Assembly: GCA_044868145.1 (NCBI GenBank)
Contig: JBIOWE010000006.1
Coordinates: 78,558 to 142,557 of the forward strand
Source: Patescibacteria group bacterium
Lineage (GTDB): Bacteria; Patescibacteriota; Patescibacteriia; UBA10025; JBIOWE01
Direction: 5' to 3'
DNA length: 64,000 nucleotides
Shown here: piece after piece, positions 25,420 to 33,915 of the stretch
Numbering within the stretch: the first letter of the stretch is position 1
Layout of the letters: each line of letters opens with the position of its first letter
Position numbers and translations under genes: made by a program
Notes under the pieces: generated by a model
What the model was told of the DNA's origin: nothing
Seen by the model: the letters and a program-made list of their open reading frames with translations, nothing else
Database searches by the model: none

Positions 25420-25572
25420 ATGGAACGAGAAAGAATCGCACCGCACCAAGAGGCTGAGGGCGAGGAGGCAAGGAAAGAGTTGGAAAAGGGTATTCAGGAA
25501 GAGGAAGCGAAGGATCCAGATTTTTGGAAGAAGCATGATGAGCGCATTGGAAAAGAAAAACCCGGCGCTTGA
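25420..25572 (+). CDS. Small charged hypothetical protein (50 aa, not in the ORF track)
   Basis: ATG 3 nt after the gatB stop; MERERIAPHQEAEGEEARKELEKGIQEEEAKDPDFWKKHDERIGKEKPGA*. Confidence 0.5.
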   Translation: MERERIAPHQEAEGEEARKELEKGIQEEEAKDPDFWKKHDERIGKEKPGA

Positions 25573-25690
25573 CTCTTCACTCTGTCTAGAGTATCCTGAA
25601 TGAAGAATGTGGAAATATCTGGCAACCAAAATTCATTATTGTATTAATCGGTGACCTAAAAACCCCTCCGAAACGGAGGGTGTTTTTTAT
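25569..25690 (+). promoter_or_regulatory. carAB promoter and leader with a terminator hairpin (possible attenuator)
   Basis: TTGACT-17-TATCCT (25569-25597); 15-codon ORF 25607-25654; ccctccg-aaa-cggaggg plus T tract just before the carA ATG. Confidence 0.5.
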
Positions 25691-25695
25691 AAAAT

Positions 25696-26775
25696 ATGCC
25701 AAAGCGAGGAACTTTACTATTAGAAGACGGAACTGTTATTGAGGGTGTATCGTTCGGTTATCCACAGTCGCGTGCCGGGGAGGTCGTTTTTAACACAGGC
25801 ATGGTCGGGTACCCTGAGAGTTTCACAGACCCCTCATATTACGGACAGATTCTTGTGCTGACGTATCCCCTTATTGGCAATTACGGTGTGCCGCGCAATA
25901 CGACCGTTGGCGGCCTGCCTGCGTTTTTTGAATCTGATCGGCCGCATATCGCCGGTTTAATCGTGGCAAACTACTCGCACACGTATAGCCACTATCGGGC
26001 GGCCCAAAGTTTGGGCGCATGGCTCACGAAAACAAAAGTGCCGGCGCTAACCGGTATTGATACGCGGCAGCTCACAAAAAAACTTCGAGAGCGCGGAACA
26101 ATGTTGGGGAAAATCGTGATTGGTCGCGATGTCGAGCCATACGACCCAAACGCAGGAAACGTACTGCCGTTCGTGAGCGTGCGTAAATCCTTGTCGTATG
26201 GCAAAGGGCCGTTGCGCGTTGTGCTGTATGATTGCGGCGTGAAAAACAATATTATTCGGGAACTCGTGGCTCGCGGCGTGCAAGTGCTGCGCGTGCCATG
26301 GGATTATCCCTTATCCAAAAGTCGCCTTCAGTATGATGGCGTTGTCTTGTCTAACGGTCCAGGAGACCCCACAAAAGCGGGTGCAACAATAGCGGAAGTC
26401 GCACGATTGTTAAAACGGGATAAGCCGGTATTCGGTATTTGCCTAGGCATTCAACTAATGGCGCTGGCGGTGGGAGCCAAAACATATAAACTAACCTTTG
26501 GTCATCGTAGCCAAAACCAACCGTGTCAGGACATTGCAACTGGGCGATGCTATATCACAAGTCAGAACCACGGGTTTGCCGTGAACGACAAAACGCTGCG
26601 TGGCGGGTTCCTGCCATGGTTTGTGAATCTTAATGACAACACGCTTGAAGGAATGAAACACGCCTCCAAGCCATTCATGGCGGTCCAATTCCATCCAGAG
26701 GCAACGCCCGGCCCTTTGGATACCTCATTTTTATTCGACCAGTTTTTATCCATGGTAAAACGACATGGCACGTAA
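25696..26775 (+). CDS. carA: Carbamoyl-phosphate synthase small subunit
   Basis: GEVVFNTGMVGY, TDPSY, LSNGPGDP, GICLG, TSQNHGF, VQFHPE. Confidence 0.98.
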   Translation: MPKRGTLLLEDGTVIEGVSFGYPQSRAGEVVFNTGMVGYPESFTDPSYYGQILVLTYPLIGNYGVPRNTTVGGLPAFFESDRPHIAGLIVANYSHTYSHYRAAQSLGAWLTKTKVPALTGIDTRQLTKKLRERGTMLGKIVIGRDVEPYDPNAGNVLPFVSVRKSLSYGKGPLRVVLYDCGVKNNIIRELVARGVQVLRVPWDYPLSKSRLQYDGVVLSNGPGDPTKAGATIAEVARLLKRDKPVFGICLGIQLMALAVGAKTYKLTFGHRSQNQPCQDIATGRCYITSQNHGFAVNDKTLRGGFLPWFVNLNDNTLEGMKHASKPFMAVQFHPEATPGPLDTSFLFDQFLSMVKRHGT

Positions 26776-29700
26776 CATGCGAAAAATTTTGTTACTTGGT
26801 TCCGGCGCTTTGAAAATCGGCGAGGCAGGGGAGTTTGACTATGCGGGCTCGCAGGCAATAAAGGCGTTGAAAGAACAGAAATTGGAGGTCGTGCTCGTCA
26901 ACCCAAACATCGCGACCATACAAACATCAGAGGGGATGGCAGACCGGGTGTATTTCCTGCCTGTTAATCTGGATTTTGTCACGCGTGTCATTAAAAAGGA
27001 ACGACCGGACGGCATCCTCTTATCATTCGGCGGCCAGACCGCTCTCAATTGCGGCGTGGCGCTCCATGATCAAGGCATACTAAAAAAATATCGCGTCAGC
27101 GTGTTAGGCACTCCCATTCGCGCCATTAAGCAAACGGAAGACCGCGCGCTGTTTGCCAAGAAATTACAATCCATCGGCGTTTCGATCCCTCGGAGCGCGG
27201 CGGTTCGCTCGCTTGCCGAATTGCGCAACCAAGCGAAAAGAATCGGTTACCCCGTTATGATCAGAAGCGCGTACGCGCTCGGCGGTCTTGGCTCAGGCGT
27301 CGCGCACGATGAGAAAGCACTGACCAGCCTTGCGACAAAAGCGTTTCACCACACAAAGCAAATTCTCGTCGAGGAATACCTGAAGCACTGGAAGGAAGTA
27401 GAATATGAGGTGGTGCGGGACAGGCATGATAATTGCATAACCGTTTGCAACATGGAAAATCTTGACCCGATGGGCATTCACACAGGTGAGAGTATTGTCG
27501 TTGCACCTTCGCAGACCTTGTCGAATTATGAATATCATAAGCTCCGCACCGTGGCTATGAATGTTATCCGCCGCATTGGCATTATCGGTGAATGTAACAT
27601 TCAATTTGCGCTCAACCCAAAGCGAGACGAATATCGCGTCATTGAAGTAAATGCTCGACTTTCGCGTTCCTCAGCCCTCGCTTCGAAAGCAACCGGCTAC
27701 CCGTTGGCGTACGTGGCATGCAAATTGGCGCTGGGCAAGACGTTGCCAGAACTAAAAAACTCGGTTACAAAAGACACGCCCGCGTTTTTCGAGCCGGCGC
27801 TTGATTATATCACGTTGAAATTCCCGCGTTGGGATTTGTCGAAATTCAAGAATGTGAGCCCGGAAATCGGCAGCGAGATGAAGAGTGTCGGAGAGGTAAT
27901 GGCGATTGGCAGGTCCTTTGAGGAAGTGCTCCAAAAGGCGGTGCGCATGCTTGAGATAGGCAGTGAGGGAATCCTTGATGGTGGAAACGGATCCGCGCAC
28001 GATCTTACGTTCGACACACCCACGCCCATGCGCGTTTTTGGGGTCGCCCGCGCGTTGAGCAAGGGTGTTCCGGTTCGCACCATTTACCGCAAGACGGGGA
28101 TTGATCCATGGTTTTTGGAGAAAATTCGCAATATCGCGGTGCTCCATAAGGCGCTTCGACGTAAAACGTTTTCCCGCTTGAATAAGGGATTATTGCTGCG
28201 GGCAAAACAACTTGGCTTTTCCGACAGATTTCTTAGTCGTATGTATTCCGTTTCCGAAGACACGGTCCGCATCACGCGCAAGCGATTGGGCATTGTACCG
28301 TTCGTGAAACAAATCGATACGGTGGCCGCAGAATATCCTGCAAAAACGAACTACCTGTACTTAACCTACAACGGCAGCGCTGATGATACACTGGTGAAGC
28401 AGGCACGAAAGTCCGTGATGGTGCTTGGTTCAGGCGTCTACCGGATTGGGTCGTCCGTCGAGTTTGATTGGTGTGGCGTACACACGATTAAAACACTGCG
28501 AGCTAAGGGCTACGAAACAATTATGGTCAATTTGAACCCGGAAACAGTTTCAACGGATTATGATATTGGAAATAAACTGTATTTCGACGAGTTGACCTAC
28601 GAGCGCGTGATGGATATTTACGATAAAGAGGGACCGCGAGGGGTGATTGTTTCCGTCGGCGGGCAGACGCCCAATAATCTTGTGGTGCAGCTGTCCCGTG
28701 CTAAGGTGCGCATTCTCGGGACGTCGGCATCGTCGATTGACGCCGCAGAGAATCGGTACAAGTTTTCGCGACTGCTCGATCGGCTCGGCATTGACCAACC
28801 GTCGTGGGATGAGCTGCGTACGGAAAAAAGCGCGCTCCAATTTGCTAACCAGGTCGGATTTCCAGTACTTGTCCGGCCGTCATACGTATTGAGCGGTCAG
28901 GCAATGAATGTTGCTTTTTCCGAGAATGAACTGCGTCGCTTTTTGCAGGTTGCGGGCGTTGTATCCCCGGACCATCCGGTGGTGATTACCAAATTCGAAG
29001 AAAATGCGAAGGAAATAGAGATCGACGCGGTTGCCCAGAACGGTAAGATGGTTATTTGGGCAATTTCCGAACACGTGGAAAACGCCGGAGTGCATTCAGG
29101 GGATGCCACAATCGTTTACCCGCCGCAAAAGCTGTACCTGGAGACGATTCGTCGCATCAAAGCGGCGACCTACAAAATCGCTCAAGTCCTGAGGATTTCC
29201 GGGCCGTTCAACATACAGTTCCTTGCCCGTGAAAATGCGATCAAAGTGATTGAATGCAATTTGCGCGCGTCGCGGAGCCTGCCGTTCATATCCAAAGTCT
29301 CTAAAATCAATTTCATTGAGCTTGCGACCAAGGTGATGTTGGGTGAAAAAATCACGCAAAAATTCCAGACGCTCGATTTTGACTATGTAGGCGTAAAAGC
29401 GCCGCAGTTCTCGTTTCAGCGGCTCAAGGGCGCAGATCCCATTCTCCGCGTGGAAATGGCTTCAACCGGCGAGGTGGCGGCGCTCGGTGATGACCTCGAG
29501 GAAGCGTTTCTGAAGTCCATTCTCTCAACCGGGTTCCGCTTGCCCAAAAAGAATATTCTCATCAGTTTGGGCGGAGAAGAAAATAAAATAAAGCTGCTCG
29601 ATTCCGTGCAGGAACTTTCCCGGCTCGGTTATGCGCTGTTCGCTACCGAAAAAACCGCACAGTTCTTGCGCGAAAATGGGATTCCGTGTAACCACCTCTT

Positions 29701-29950
29701 TAAAATTTATGAAGAAAAAAGTCCCAACATTCTGGAGTACCTGCAGGCCGGAAAACTCCACCTCGTCATACACATTACGGACGCCTATGTTCGTAAGATT
29801 ATTGACGACGACTACACAATGCGGCGTTACACGGTTGATTATAACGTGCCGCTCATTACCAACCGGCAGCTTGCCAGACTCATTGTCGATGCACTTGCGA
29901 AGAAGCGAACGCGCGATTTGAAAGTCAAGGCGTGGCAGGATTACAATTGA
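26765..29950 (+). CDS. carB: Carbamoyl-phosphate synthase large subunit
   Basis: GEAGEFDY, NPNIATIQT, GIHTGES, SRSSALASKATGYP, NPETVSTDYD, GVHSGDA; duplicated ATP-grasp domains plus MGS domain. Confidence 0.99.
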   Translation: MARNMRKILLLGSGALKIGEAGEFDYAGSQAIKALKEQKLEVVLVNPNIATIQTSEGMADRVYFLPVNLDFVTRVIKKERPDGILLSFGGQTALNCGVALHDQGILKKYRVSVLGTPIRAIKQTEDRALFAKKLQSIGVSIPRSAAVRSLAELRNQAKRIGYPVMIRSAYALGGLGSGVAHDEKALTSLATKAFHHTKQILVEEYLKHWKEVEYEVVRDRHDNCITVCNMENLDPMGIHTGESIVVAPSQTLSNYEYHKLRTVAMNVIRRIGIIGECNIQFALNPKRDEYRVIEVNARLSRSSALASKATGYPLAYVACKLALGKTLPELKNSVTKDTPAFFEPALDYITLKFPRWDLSKFKNVSPEIGSEMKSVGEVMAIGRSFEEVLQKAVRMLEIGSEGILDGGNGSAHDLTFDTPTPMRVFGVARALSKGVPVRTIYRKTGIDPWFLEKIRNIAVLHKALRRKTFSRLNKGLLLRAKQLGFSDRFLSRMYSVSEDTVRITRKRLGIVPFVKQIDTVAAEYPAKTNYLYLTYNGSADDTLVKQARKSVMVLGSGVYRIGSSVEFDWCGVHTIKTLRAKGYETIMVNLNPETVSTDYDIGNKLYFDELTYERVMDIYDKEGPRGVIVSVGGQTPNNLVVQLSRAKVRILGTSASSIDAAENRYKFSRLLDRLGIDQPSWDELRTEKSALQFANQVGFPVLVRPSYVLSGQAMNVAFSENELRRFLQVAGVVSPDHPVVITKFEENAKEIEIDAVAQNGKMVIWAISEHVENAGVHSGDATIVYPPQKLYLETIRRIKAATYKIAQVLRISGPFNIQFLARENAIKVIECNLRASRSLPFISKVSKINFIELATKVMLGEKITQKFQTLDFDYVGVKAPQFSFQRLKGADPILRVEMASTGEVAALGDDLEEAFLKSILSTGFRLPKKNILISLGGEENKIKLLDSVQELSRLGYALFATEKTAQFLRENGIPCNHLFKIYEEKSPNILEYLQAGKLHLVIHITDAYVRKIIDDDYTMRRYTVDYNVPLITNRQLARLIVDALAKKRTRDLKVKAWQDYN

Positions 29951-29956
29951 CGAGAG

Positions 29957-30889
29957 TTAGTCATGGCAGATGTCCGTACCGCTGTCAGTAAAGGCTTCGC
30001 CGGCCGCGCGTATAAATTCCCATTGGTAACGGCCGGGCGACAGTACGAGCTTGAGCACCCCGTACGTTTTGTTTTGCTTTATTTCGCTGTTTGGCGCGGT
30101 ACGCAGGAACTGGTAGAGGCTGCGACCGCCTGTTCCGACGACGAATTCTCGAATGCCGCGTGCATCATCCCGATTGCCGCTGGCGTCTTGCGGTGCAAAC
30201 CGTTCATAGGTGTGGTCATGCCCGGAAATGACAACGTCCGCGCCTGCGTCGTAGAGCGCTTGCCAGAGGGGCTGAACCTCGTTGGTGTTTCCATGTAAGC
30301 CGGAGCTAAAGCGAGGATGGTGCCAATAGGCGAGCGTGCACTCTGTAGGGTGCGCTGCCAGGTCAGCCCGGAGCCATTGGCCTTGGCTAGACTCCGCGGA
30401 GCAGCCGCCGACTGCACTGCAGTTTGAGTTCAAAACCACAATGTGCCATGTGCCAAGGTCGTAACTGTAGTATCCCTTCCCTTGTTCGCCGGCCTTATCG
30501 CCAAAGTATGCAAAGTAGCCAGTCGCGTTCGCAGTGCCATAGTCATGGTTACCAGGTGCTGGGTGTGTTCTTTCTTTCAGCCTGCCCCAGGATGGTTCGT
30601 AGCAGTTAGCATAATCTTGAACGGATCCGTTTGGGTATGTGTTATCTCCTACGGCAAAAATAGTTCCCTGAATTGTGTCCAGTAGCCGCGCGGTTTCCTC
30701 GTCGTATAAACCATCACACGACGCAATGTCGCCGGCGCCAATAAGCACGGGCGCGTCGCTCGATTCATTCGAAGGCGTAAACGTCAGGGGTCGAATCTTT
30801 TTCGTGAAAATATATTGTTGGCCGATCAGTGCCCCCACAACGATCGCAAGGACAACGCCGAGGCCGATATGTGACAATACTTTTTTCAT
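29957..30889 (-). CDS. Exported calcineurin-like metallophosphoesterase
   Basis: N-terminal TM segment; GDIA, GDNTY, PGNHDY, HHP and SGHDHTYER motifs. Confidence 0.92.
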   Translation of the reverse strand: MKKVLSHIGLGVVLAIVVGALIGQQYIFTKKIRPLTFTPSNESSDAPVLIGAGDIASCDGLYDEETARLLDTIQGTIFAVGDNTYPNGSVQDYANCYEPSWGRLKERTHPAPGNHDYGTANATGYFAYFGDKAGEQGKGYYSYDLGTWHIVVLNSNCSAVGGCSAESSQGQWLRADLAAHPTECTLAYWHHPRFSSGLHGNTNEVQPLWQALYDAGADVVISGHDHTYERFAPQDASGNRDDARGIREFVVGTGGRSLYQFLRTAPNSEIKQNKTYGVLKLVLSPGRYQWEFIRAAGEAFTDSGTDICHD

Positions 30890-30916
30890 TTTTCAAATAA
30901 TGAAGGAAGCAACATG

Positions 30917-31129
30917 TTATGCAAAGTCCTCAATTGTTAGATTCGCTTGCCGGAGAATGGACCGGAACGTTCCAAAGGGAATCTCTTTACGGTTTGCAGG
31001 AACAATAACCGTAAGTGCTGGATTGCCTAATTTTCTAAACTTAATGTGACTTCCTTTTTGGGAAATAAAAATAAAGCCCTTCCGGAGAAGGACTTTTATA
31101 ATCCGGTTTGATGAATACAGTTTAGGCAT
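30917..31129 (-). CDS. hicA: HicA-family toxin (type II TA)
   Basis: GF...QKGSHIKF...VIVP...EIPFGTFRSILRQA. Confidence 0.92.
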   Translation of the reverse strand: MPKLYSSNRIIKVLLRKGFIFISQKGSHIKFRKLGNPALTVIVPANRKEIPFGTFRSILRQANLTIEDFA

Positions 31130-31340
31130 GCTGAAGCTGCTGCTTCACGATGGTTGGACTTTCTACATTGACGATCTGAGAGAATTTTTTATCTTCAAAA
31201 TACAATTCCAAGGCCTCTTTCAGGTTTGAAAGAGCTTCTTTTTTTGTTTTACCAAAGCTCGATACGTCGACATTTAAACATTGCGCCACGTAATACTTGC
31301 CTTCCTTCCAGACTATATTTTGTACCTTAATTTTTTGCAT
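31122..31340 (-). CDS. hicB: HicB-family antitoxin (short)
   Basis: EGKYYVAQC...SSFGKTKKEALSNLKEALELYFE; overlaps the hicA start. Confidence 0.9.
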   Translation of the reverse strand: MQKIKVQNIVWKEGKYYVAQCLNVDVSSFGKTKKEALSNLKEALELYFEDKKFSQIVNVESPTIVKQQLQHA

Positions 31341-31378
31341 AGACTTATTTTCAAGGATAGCAAAATTGCGACTTAGCG

Positions 31379-32272
31379 TCAAGTTCTTAGAAATTTTTTC
31401 ACGAGCGTGCTTGTTTTTTGGTTGTTCTGTATCCAATGAACACGAGAGTCGCGCTTGAACCAAGTCATTTGTCGTTTTGCGTAGTTCCGCGTGTTGCGTC
31501 TGATATGTGCTACTGCATCTTGCAAACTGAGTTTACCCTGAAGGTACATCCCTATCTCTTTGTATCCGATCCCAGACATAGCCGGTAGATTCGCATTATA
31601 CGTTTTTCTCAGAGTCTTCACTTCACGCACCAGGCCGCGCCGCATCATAGAATCTACCCGTCGAGCGATGTTTCGGTCGAGTTGCGCTTTTGGCAGGCTG
31701 ATGCCGATGAGTAAAACATCGTAGCGCGCGCTACCTTTTGTGATGTTCGGTACTTTCTTCAAGGCTTTTGCTACTTCGATTGCGCGGATTAATCGCCTTG
31801 GATTGTTTTTGTCAATTGTTTTTGCCCGACGGCTGTCGAGGCTTTCGAGTATTTTATATAGTTTTGACGTTGGGTATTTTGCGAGTTTGCGGCGCAGTCG
31901 TTCATTCGGTTCCACCTCGGGGAATTCAACATTGTCGACAATAGATTGAACGAAAAAGCCAGTCCCACCGACGAGCAAGGGGAGCTTGTCCCGCTTAAGA
32001 ATGCCGCGAATTGACCGTTGCGCTGCTTTTTTATAATGCGTTACGTTGAATGCCTGATTCGGGCGGACTACGTCTAGCAGGTGGTGTCGAACGAGCCGCT
32101 GCTCTTGCCGCGTGGGCTTGCCTGTTCCTATATCCATACCCTTATACAGTTGCCGGGAATCCGCAGACACGATCTCGCCGTTAAATTTTCGTGCGAGCTG
32201 TATCGCAAGCCTGGTCTTACCGGTAGCTGTTGGCCCAACAATTGCAATTATTTTTGGCAGATGGGTTGACAT
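31379..32272 (-). CDS. miaA: tRNA dimethylallyltransferase
   Basis: VGPTATGKT, SADSRQLYKGMDIGTGK, VGGTG, IGYKE, TRNYAKRQMTWF. Confidence 0.98.
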   Translation of the reverse strand: MSTHLPKIIAIVGPTATGKTRLAIQLARKFNGEIVSADSRQLYKGMDIGTGKPTRQEQRLVRHHLLDVVRPNQAFNVTHYKKAAQRSIRGILKRDKLPLLVGGTGFFVQSIVDNVEFPEVEPNERLRRKLAKYPTSKLYKILESLDSRRAKTIDKNNPRRLIRAIEVAKALKKVPNITKGSARYDVLLIGISLPKAQLDRNIARRVDSMMRRGLVREVKTLRKTYNANLPAMSGIGYKEIGMYLQGKLSLQDAVAHIRRNTRNYAKRQMTWFKRDSRVHWIQNNQKTSTLVKKFLRT

Positions 32273-32351
32273 TGAACACTCTTTATGTTAGCATACCTAG
32301 ACGTTCTTTAAAAAACCACAACAAAAAAACATTAGGTAAGGAGGAGGCCAA

Positions 32352-32891
32352 TTGAATTTTGTTCATTTTGGATTTTCCGATCTGCTCGTCGCATTAATGA
32401 CGACCTTTAAGATTGAAGCGGGGATCCTGTACTTCCGTCTGAATGGTACGCCATTTTGGGAAGCATATGCGATAGGCGTTACGCTCTGTGCGCTACACTT
32501 ATGTCTGATTTTTGGATTCTTCGACATGATTGTGCGGATTTTGAAGAAACCCTATCTTTACTTTCTGCCGCGCTGGCGATGGTTACAAAAGGTGTCAACT
32601 CTGTTATCCGCACGGAACAATCATGTTACCGAGCGACGCGAGAAGATGAAGCGGTGGTTGATCAAAAAGCAGTATTTCTGGTTTTTTGTTCTCTACTCTC
32701 TGCCTTTCCTATTCATGTTGTCCGGCGCAGTGATCGCCACAGTGAAGATATCGCATGCGAGCTCAAAGAAGGGTTTTTTCGCAATGCTGGGGGCCGTGCC
32801 CGTCAAGGTCATGCTCACCACAATCATTGTGTACACTTTTCCCGATCTTGCCCAAAGACTTCTCCATCCAGTTCTCAACCTGTTTCGATAG
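32352..32891 (+). CDS. Hypothetical membrane protein
   Basis: TTG start with GGAGGAGG SD; several hydrophobic segments; followed by a terminator. Confidence 0.65.
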   Translation: MNFVHFGFSDLLVALMTTFKIEAGILYFRLNGTPFWEAYAIGVTLCALHLCLIFGFFDMIVRILKKPYLYFLPRWRWLQKVSTLLSARNNHVTERREKMKRWLIKKQYFWFFVLYSLPFLFMLSGAVIATVKISHASSKKGFFAMLGAVPVKVMLTTIIVYTFPDLAQRLLHPVLNLFR

Positions 32892-32930
32892 TGCCAGTAC
32901 TTGATAATCGTATTGGCACTTTTTTATTTT
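32890..32930 (+). terminator. Intrinsic terminator
   Basis: agtgccagtac...gtattggcact followed by a T tract. Confidence 0.7.
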
Positions 32931-32942
32931 ATCAAGGAGGCC

Positions 32943-32971
32943 TTGACAAGCGATACCTTCCGTGATATGCT
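32943..32971 (+). promoter_or_regulatory. Sigma70-type promoter
   Basis: TTGACA-17 nt-TATGCT. Confidence 0.6.
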
Positions 32972-33020
32972 CCTTGAGAAATAGAAAAAGAACTTTTCAC
33001 TATAAACAGAGGGAGGGATC

Positions 33021-33419
33021 ATGTTACACATGATTTTACTCGTTGACGATGACGCTTCCATTCGGAACGTTTTTCCGAAGCTGGTAGAAGCCATTACTCA
33101 AGAGTACAAGGTCGTACTAGCCAAAGATGGCCAAGAGGGATATCAAGCACTACTGGACCATGGAAGTAAGATTCACGCCGTCTTTTGCGATGGCCAAATG
33201 CCAAAGCTCGATGGCCCAGCGTTCGTGCAGAAGGTACGCGAGAATCCGCATTTTGAAGAAATCCCCATTGTCAGTATTACTTCCAATCAAGCCATGGCTG
33301 ACCAAATGGCTAAAGACGGAAAAACGCAATTCCACATGCCAAAGCCGTTTAATCTGGAACAGTTGGAAACTGCTCTTACCACCATAAAACTGCTCAAAAC
33401 TTCTACGCCATCATCGTAA
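33021..33419 (+). CDS. Single-domain response regulator (CheY-like receiver)
   Basis: ILLVDDD, phospho-acceptor D in CDGQMPKLDG, T in SITS, KPF. Confidence 0.92.
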   Translation: MLHMILLVDDDASIRNVFPKLVEAITQEYKVVLAKDGQEGYQALLDHGSKIHAVFCDGQMPKLDGPAFVQKVRENPHFEEIPIVSITSNQAMADQMAKDGKTQFHMPKPFNLEQLETALTTIKLLKTSTPSS

Positions 33420-33428
33420 GTTGTTCTT

Positions 33429-33460
33429 AAAAGCTCACACGGAAATGTGAGCTTTTTTCT
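33429..33460 (+). terminator. Intrinsic terminator
   Basis: aaagctcaca-cggaaa-tgtgagcttt followed by a T tract. Confidence 0.75.
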
Positions 33461-33504
33461 TGATTTTTTTTGAAAAAAAGAGTATACTGAAGTTAATTCA
33501 ACAT

Positions 33505-33651
33505 ATGGATTCAATCAACCAACGATCAGGGCTCGACGTCGAGACTGACATCAAGCTCGGTACAGGAACCAAGGTGCTCATTGCGGTCATTGTGATCGGC
33601 GCGATTGGCGCAGGCATTGTTGCGGCGCTCGTCATGACGAATCAGATTTAA
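33505..33651 (+). CDS. Small single-TM protein (48 aa)
   Basis: MDSINQRSG...VLIAVIVIGAIGAGIVAALVM; TATACT -10 element upstream. Confidence 0.6.
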   Translation: MDSINQRSGLDVETDIKLGTGTKVLIAVIVIGAIGAGIVAALVMTNQI

Positions 33652-33656
33652 GCAAA

Positions 33657-33690
33657 CACCCAGTACATGCTTTCTAGCGTGCGATGGGTT
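33657..33690. repeat. CCCAG...TGCGATGGG hairpin, copy 3
   Basis: acccagtacatgc-tttcta-gcgtgcgatgggtt. Confidence 0.5.
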
Positions 33691-33730
33691 GCTTGATTTT
33701 GACAATTATTTAAGAAAGATATACTGTATG

Positions 33731-33866
33731 CTTGCCAGGATTACTGACCCTAGTCGGCCCTGGCTTGGAGAGGGGCGCGTATACTCCATATTTATACGCC
33801 GTTTGACGGGACCTAGGGGTCCGCGAGAATAGCCGGATGGCCATTAAGGCATCCGGCGTTTATTTA
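33731..33866 (+). ncRNA. Candidate structured ncRNA (unassigned; 6S-like possible)
   Basis: TTGACA...TATACT promoter at 33699-33725, no ORF in the track, long-range gaccctag/ctaggggtc pairing, terminal gccggatg/catccggc hairpin plus T-rich tail. Confidence 0.4.
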
Positions 33867-33879
33867 CAGTAAACAACCA

Positions 33880-33906
33880 GTAGGTCGGGGCCTGGCCCCG
33901 ACCTAC
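33880..33906. repeat. GTAG-type REP-like palindrome / thrS terminator
   Basis: Perfect 12-bp IR gtaggtcggggc-ctg-gccccgacctac. Confidence 0.6.
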
Positions 33907-33915
33907 GATATTTTA

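Noticed and set aside
30917-31340. hicBA pair as a novel defence system
   Set aside because: It is an ordinary type II toxin-antitoxin module with recognisable HicA and HicB motifs.
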